IMG/VR virus record: IMGVR_UViG_3300048854_000232
Location: 1 to 32,617 of that record
Reading direction: 5' to 3' (one strand)
Length of the DNA: 32,617 bases
From: a virus
This document shows, one piece after another, positions 27,694-32,617 of this stretch. The translations under genes and the position numbers were made by a program. Numbering within the stretch: position 1 is the stretch's first letter; each line of letters begins with the position of its first letter. Below the pieces are notes generated by a model. It was given only the letters and a program-made list of their open reading frames with translations. It made no database searches and had not been told where the DNA came from.

Positions 27694-27795
27694 CTTATCA
27701 TGTGGAAGGTTTCAAAACGCCTCTCCGACGCCACGAATCCGTCCAACAGGGGATGGCTTCATTACGCCAATGGAAACTTAGCAGGAACTGTAGTC

Positions 27796-28296
27796 ATGAC
27801 CGATTTCGTGAGGAATGTCTTCCCCGGAGAGGCGCTCCTTAATCTGGATACTCGCGGTATCCAGGCCAATGCCAATTATCAGGCTGCCCTGAAGTTGGTA
27901 ACTGAAGCGCCGCGCTTCACCACCGTCCAGATCTTGGCTGCCATGGAGAAAGTCCTGGGTGGTCAGATTACCCAGATGTTTGTTATCACCGACCGCGTTA
28001 CCACGGTCGACATCGCCGCCCATGTGTTCGAAGATCACCTGCGCGAAGATCACCAGGCCAAAGACTTGCAGTTGAACCTGCTGGTCAACATCATCAAAGA
28101 GATCGTCGAGAACCGCTCGCTACCCAAGGCGTCCTCGTGCGGTCAAGCCGAAGACCTGCTGCGCCGCTGTGTGCTGGACATCGACACCAAGTACGCGGTC
28201 AAGTGCGCGCTCTTCGATCAGCAGAACCTGTTCTCCCCGTTTATCGTGGTCCTGCGCTATCCTCCGGCGCTCACCCCACGCCTCGCTGTCGCTTGA
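27796..28296 (+). CDS. Hypothetical protein
   Basis: ATG 27796 with AGGA RBS; ends before a convergent hairpin. Confidence 0.7.
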   Translation: MTDFVRNVFPGEALLNLDTRGIQANANYQAALKLVTEAPRFTTVQILAAMEKVLGGQITQMFVITDRVTTVDIAAHVFEDHLREDHQAKDLQLNLLVNIIKEIVENRSLPKASSCGQAEDLLRRCVLDIDTKYAVKCALFDQQNLFSPFIVVLRYPPALTPRLAVA

Positions 28297-28302
28297 TGCG
28301 GA

Positions 28303-28351
28303 CATAAAGCCTCTCCCACCCTGGTTAAGGGATGGGAGAGGCGCTATGCCG
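28303..28351. terminator. Hairpin between convergent genes
   Basis: GCCTCTCCCA...TGGGAGAGGC stem, flanked by GGACATAAA and TATGCCG. Confidence 0.8.
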
Positions 28352-28966
28352 TTACGAGGTGGGTGGACGCTGCTGGAGCAGTTCGATCAGGGCGGCGTTC
28401 TGCGCCTGCGCGGCTGCCAGCTGAGTTTGGAGCTGGACCACCTTGGCTCGGTCCGTCGTGCGGTTGGTGATCGCCGCTTGGCGAGCCACCTCGTGCGCAT
28501 CGGCCTCGGCCTGTGTCACTGACCCTGTGGAGGGCGCAATGAACACGTTGACCGCCGGGGTCAGTCCCAGGGTATCGGAGGCCACCGCTGCCAGCTGTTG
28601 CTTGACAAAGGTGAGATCCAGATAATCCGGAAGCGGTCCCATTGAGAGCGAGAGTACGACCTGGTTGTACACCACGCCACCCATGTCCGGGTAAGCAGCG
28701 ATGTAGCTATCAGGCAACCGCACGGCCGGAGCCGTGTCAGCCAAGAGCGTGACGATGTTGGCACCCGCAGCCAGATCAGCGGCGTAGTCCTCAGGCGTCA
28801 AGTTCACCGGGGCGTAGTACGTGGTGAAGATGTCCACGCCCTGCTGGATCAGATCCTGGAAGTCACGGATCGCAGCACACTCGTACAGGGTGTTGGCTTG
28901 CAGTTCATACGGGGTTGTAACGGTGTACAACCCTTTCGCATGAAGCGGCGGGGTCTTGATGGCCAT
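28352..28966 (-). CDS. Conserved phiKZ-like (probably virion) protein with C-terminal coiled coil
   Basis: AAGGAG RBS. Motifs 'TPPLHAKGLY...YECAAIR.F.DL', 'PDSYI.AYP' and 'SMGPLP'. Co-oriented behind the PKD-containing gene. Confidence 0.65.
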   Translation of the reverse strand: MAIKTPPLHAKGLYTVTTPYELQANTLYECAAIRDFQDLIQQGVDIFTTYYAPVNLTPEDYAADLAAGANIVTLLADTAPAVRLPDSYIAAYPDMGGVVYNQVVLSLSMGPLPDYLDLTFVKQQLAAVASDTLGLTPAVNVFIAPSTGSVTQAEADAHEVARQAAITNRTTDRAKVVQLQTQLAAAQAQNAALIELLQQRPPTS

Positions 28967-28976
28967 CTAGCTCTCC

Positions 28977-31310
28977 TTAACTGGGGACGCTGAGACTGAC
29001 CAGCGTGTAGTTGCCGGTGTAGGTCGCGCCCAGAGCATCGGTCACCTTGATCGACACACTGTAGTTGCCCCAGGAGGGCAGCGTGCAGGTGAACGCACCC
29101 GTACTGGGGTTGATCGCACCATTGACGATGCGGCTGTCGATGGACGCCAGCTGGTAGATGTACGGACCCTGACCACCGCCGGCGGCGAAGGTCTGCGTCG
29201 TCGCCCCACCGTTGTTGGGTGCACTGATCGAGGAGGCCACCGGGGTCACCAGCGAGAGCGCGGCCGGCGGCGGGAACGCCGTCATCAGGTAATCCTTGGC
29301 CACGACCAGATACTGCACGTTGTCGACCGAAGCCACCACGTAAAGCACCGACTCACCGTTCGCATTGGTCCGCTTCAGACGCGTGAAGCCGATAGGGATA
29401 TCCGAGAACTCGGTCATCTCTTCGGCGATCAACAGCAGCTGGTAGAGCAGGCTCACCCACGCCTGGGTATCCGGCGACATGCGGTTGAAGTCCAAGGAGG
29501 ACGTCGGCACCGCCATGTAGTCAACGAACTTCTGGCTGAAGCGGGCAATCCCGTTCCGGTTCTCCGGCCCACCGCAGATGGCCAGGGCCAACGACTTGTA
29601 CGGCACGCCCGTCACTTCCGTGTTGGCGGTGATGTGCGAGGACGTGTACCGGGTACCGATGAACACCGACGGTGCGATCGTCTGCACGTTGACCAGGTTG
29701 GCCGTGGGCGAGTAGACGCCCATCACCAGATCCTTGTTGGGGACCGCGTACTGGTTCCACAGCGGGCAGATCACGAACTCGGTCGCGGTGAAGATGTCCG
29801 GGAAGATCTTGGACCAGTCGTCACGGCTGTGCGAGGAGTTGGACAAGATGTAATCGATCAGGGCTGCCTTGATCGCATCGACGTTGTCACCGCCAGCGCC
29901 ATAAATCACGAACGTCCAGTTCGTCGGGCTGGTGAAGGTGGTGTCGTTGAAATCGTGGTAGTCGAATTCGATCGTCTTGACCAGCGTGTACGGATCGTTG
30001 CCGGCAACCACCTGGATCTGCTGCATGATCTTGGGCAGCGTCATCTGTGCGACTTCGGCCACGACCTGCGCCGAGGGCTTGAAGAAGTCATCCAGCGCAC
30101 TGCCCGGAGGCAGCGGGGTCACGAAGTCGATGAGGTACTCATCGTACTCGGTGGCGAACGAATGGTCAGCAAACCACAGCTTGATCCGCGATTGCGTTGT
30201 GTAACCGGCAGCCCCGGAGGAGTTCGACGCGGCATTGAAGTGGAACACCACGTACTCGGGCATCCACTGCGAGCCCTGCTGGAGCATCGTGCCGACCGTC
30301 ACGTCCTTGATGGACGAGGAGAACTCGGCGACGATCTGCTGCTGGCAGGCACTGGCGTTGGCGCTGAACTGACCGGCGATCGACTGGGTGTAGATCCAGG
30401 CGGCCATCGTGAGCAGCTGCGTGGAGTAATCCGCCGGGACAGGGACGACCGAGCCGTCTGCCTTCTTGGAGGAGAACACCGACAGGTTGACCGAGGAGGA
30501 GCTCTGACCGGTACCGGCCGTGGTCGAGAAGAGCGAGCGGTCCTTGGCGAAGGTCTCCGAACGCACCGACAGCTCACCCAGGGTGGCCACGGTTTCCGGG
30601 TCGTTGTTGGACATCGAGCCGTAGGCGACGAAGCCCTTGACGCTGTAGGTGTCCGCACCCGGGACGACCGGCGTGGAGACGATGACGTTGTGTAGCTGGG
30701 TCGCGGTACCACCGGTGGAGTCGGTCACCGTCAGGGTGATCGAGTACGCGCCCGGGGCCACGTAGGTGTGCGAGGCGCTCTGTGTGGTCACCAGCGCGGT
30801 GCCGTCACCGAAGTTCCAGGACCAGGCCGTGATCGTTGCACCGGCCTTGGCCACCGAACTATCGGTCACGGTGACAGCCAGGCTCGTGCCCGAGGCAGTG
30901 AACGCGGCCACGGTCTCGTCGCCAGGCTCTTCGCCTTCGTCCGCATCCGGGGTCAGGGTCACATCGCAGTAGTAACTACCTTCCGAGGGCGGGGTGATCT
31001 GGATCATCACCTGGGAACCGACCGGGAAATCGTCGGCCACAATGTGGACCGTGTCACCTGCCGACAGGCTGTTGTTGAAGATCTCGGTGTCGCCCACTGA
31101 GACGACCAGCGAGGAGCCGTTGTAGACCGAAGTCACCGACATGCCGAAGGTCTGGCCAGCGGTCGAGGCGACGATGCTGTTCAGCGTCACTTCGTTGCCG
31201 GCACCGGCATAGAAGACATGGTACTTGCTACCGTCCCAGATAGCCGGCGGCGTGTTGTTGTCCTGATCCTTGAAGTTACTCGGAGTCAGGAAAAAGTTGG
31301 TCGTGCTCAC
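28977..31310 (-). CDS. phiKZ-like virion protein core with added N-terminal beta domain, PKD domain and C-terminal Ig-like (He_PIG-type) domain
   Basis: PKD motif 'AAFT...ITAWSWNFGDGT...SHTYVAPGAYSITLTVTD' (about 30675-30912). Core starts 'YSVKGF...LGELS..S.TFAKD' and includes 'W..IFPDIF..TEF.I.P.W'. Ig-like end 'GGQGPYIY...INPSTG...GNYSVSIKVTDA'. GTG start with GGAG RBS. Confidence 0.75.
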   Translation of the reverse strand: MSTTNFFLTPSNFKDQDNNTPPAIWDGSKYHVFYAGAGNEVTLNSIVASTAGQTFGMSVTSVYNGSSLVVSVGDTEIFNNSLSAGDTVHIVADDFPVGSQVMIQITPPSEGSYYCDVTLTPDADEGEEPGDETVAAFTASGTSLAVTVTDSSVAKAGATITAWSWNFGDGTALVTTQSASHTYVAPGAYSITLTVTDSTGGTATQLHNVIVSTPVVPGADTYSVKGFVAYGSMSNNDPETVATLGELSVRSETFAKDRSLFSTTAGTGQSSSSVNLSVFSSKKADGSVVPVPADYSTQLLTMAAWIYTQSIAGQFSANASACQQQIVAEFSSSIKDVTVGTMLQQGSQWMPEYVVFHFNAASNSSGAAGYTTQSRIKLWFADHSFATEYDEYLIDFVTPLPPGSALDDFFKPSAQVVAEVAQMTLPKIMQQIQVVAGNDPYTLVKTIEFDYHDFNDTTFTSPTNWTFVIYGAGGDNVDAIKAALIDYILSNSSHSRDDWSKIFPDIFTATEFVICPLWNQYAVPNKDLVMGVYSPTANLVNVQTIAPSVFIGTRYTSSHITANTEVTGVPYKSLALAICGGPENRNGIARFSQKFVDYMAVPTSSLDFNRMSPDTQAWVSLLYQLLLIAEEMTEFSDIPIGFTRLKRTNANGESVLYVVASVDNVQYLVVAKDYLMTAFPPPAALSLVTPVASSISAPNNGGATTQTFAAGGGQGPYIYQLASIDSRIVNGAINPSTGAFTCTLPSWGNYSVSIKVTDALGATYTGNYTLVSLSVPS

Positions 31311-31867
31311 GTGGGGTTCTCCAGTTCATCCGGGTATGCGTGGCGGAGTTTTCGGGCAAGGCTAAAGTGGAGCCGGTACACATAGCACGGCTCGGTGATG
31401 TCGACGCATGAAACGCCTACCCCGCGGGTCAGACGGTCCAGCTGCCGTTGGTCACTGGTGTGTCGCCACGGGCTGTGGTCGATCAGCAGTTCACGGCGGA
31501 AGACTTTCATCGAATGGCGTTGACGACCCAGGCAGAACTTCCCGTTCTGCAACGTCCGCTCCCGAGGGAAGATCGCCTCGATGCCTGCGTCCATGTGCTC
31601 GGCCAATCGCGCAAAGGCTTTCGGCTCCACGTAGTCGTCGTCATCGACCTGGGTCACGTAGGGAGCCGTACCGCAGCTATAGCCGGCATGGCGGGCTTTA
31701 CCCATGTGACCGGGCACGGCGGGTATAACGTGTAGGGCGATCGGGAAGGGGGCGTTGCCAATCGCAACCTGGATGCTATCCAGGCATTGCGTCAGCCACT
31801 CTTTGGGTGTATTCTCTGACACCAGGACGTGAATGTCCAGTCGGGCATCTTTCGGATTTTCGCGCAT
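31307..31867 (-). CDS. GT-A fold glycosyltransferase (GT2-like)
   Basis: 'WLTQCLDSI', 'GHMGKARHAGYSCGTAPYVTQVDDDDYV' (DxD motif) and 'EPCYVYRLH'. GGAG RBS. Stop overlaps the next start (GTGA). Confidence 0.85.
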   Translation of the reverse strand: MRENPKDARLDIHVLVSENTPKEWLTQCLDSIQVAIGNAPFPIALHVIPAVPGHMGKARHAGYSCGTAPYVTQVDDDDYVEPKAFARLAEHMDAGIEAIFPRERTLQNGKFCLGRQRHSMKVFRRELLIDHSPWRHTSDQRQLDRLTRGVGVSCVDITEPCYVYRLHFSLARKLRHAYPDELENPT

Positions 31868-31967
31868 GCAGGTCTCCTACCCTACCACCATAAAAGCTCC
31901 GGGGCAGGGGGTCAAGGGCGTAACTCTATGACTAAAGTCTATACCATTGATCGTTGAGGACAGGGCT

Positions 31968-32552
31968 ATGTTGGGTACTTTTCTAGCGCTGCTTCAGCTT
32001 CTCGCTCCATTCCTGAAAGAGTCGGTGTTTGGTACGGCCACTTTTAAGGAGTGGCTCAAGCACAACTTCGTCAGTTGTTTGTGGATCTTGCTGCTGATGA
32101 GCATGCTTGGTGTTGTGTTCTACCTTTCCGACCAACTGGTCCTGAGCCGTCATACGGCCATGGACCAAACCCACAAGCTGGACGTCCTCCAAGTCCAGTA
32201 CAAGGAGCTGCAAGCACGCTCCTTGCTGTTGACCGCCGATTTGAACATCGAGCGGGAACGCGCTGGTCCACGGGATAAGCAAATCGTCACCTTGACCGAA
32301 GACAACTTCGTCATGGATGGCAAGGTACACCTGTACGAAAGCTGGCTGGACCACTGGGGCGTCGACAAGAGCTTCCATGGCCCCGGCTTTCCGCCACTGA
32401 AGGTCGCTGGCACGGCGCCTGCGCCCCGCCCGAGTAGTAGCAAGCCTAAGCCTGCGCCTATGAAGGCTGAGCCGCCTAAGGCTGCTCCGGCCGTTCTGGA
32501 GCCCCCGAAGAAGTCCGTCCTGGAACGCCTCAAAGACTGGGGCAAGGAATAG
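31968..32552 (+). CDS. Putative i-spanin (TM helix + coiled coil + Pro-rich tail)
   Basis: GAGGA RBS. TM segment 'FVSCLWILLLMSMLGVVFYL', heptad-rich segment and Pro/Lys-rich C-terminus. Immediately followed by a lipoprotein gene. Confidence 0.6.
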   Translation: MLGTFLALLQLLAPFLKESVFGTATFKEWLKHNFVSCLWILLLMSMLGVVFYLSDQLVLSRHTAMDQTHKLDVLQVQYKELQARSLLLTADLNIERERAGPRDKQIVTLTEDNFVMDGKVHLYESWLDHWGVDKSFHGPGFPPLKVAGTAPAPRPSSSKPKPAPMKAEPPKAAPAVLEPPKKSVLERLKDWGKE

Positions 32553-32557
32553 TTGTC

Positions 32558-32617
32558 ATGAACGCAATCCGCCTGACCGGGGGATTGGTGTGCCTTGCAC
32601 TCTTTGGGTGCACGATC
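32558..32617 (+). CDS. Putative o-spanin lipoprotein (3'-truncated; not in the ORF track)
   Basis: AAGGA RBS. Translates to MNAIRLTGGLVCLALFG-C-TI: a signal peptide with lipobox LFGC. Confidence 0.65.
   Translation, partial: MNAIRLTGGLVCLALFGCTI

Overview
This window looks like part of the virion/tail-morphogenesis and lysis region of a GC-rich phiKZ-like (nucleus-forming, Chimalliviridae-type) jumbo myophage. The family assignment comes from recognised motifs and recalled gene order, not from a database search. Core-like genes are a phiKZ gp139-like virion protein, a RuvC resolvase, two paralogous gp145/146-like tail proteins with exact 61-aa 'HxxxxxNPH' repeats, a gp164-like central spike, an SbcC/Rad50 ATPase and other conserved virion proteins. 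Accessory content includes a LamG/discoidin protein, three fibres ending in S74 auto-cleaving chaperones, two small tip-adhesin-like genes, a tail assembly chaperone, a PG-binding + DUF3380 endolysin, DUF1353, a GT2 glycosyltransferase and a probable i-spanin/o-spanin pair. Three observations stand out. (1) A putative fibre-tip adhesin ends in Gly11-Cys-Hint(intein-like)-His-Asn and is encoded directly behind an S74 fibre. (2) A glycosyltransferase gene overlaps (GTGA) a PKD/Ig-decorated virion gene. (3) A T(A/T)TGCCG motif flanks most intergenic hairpins, including hairpins with no U-tract. No rRNA, tRNA, CRISPR array or IS element was seen.
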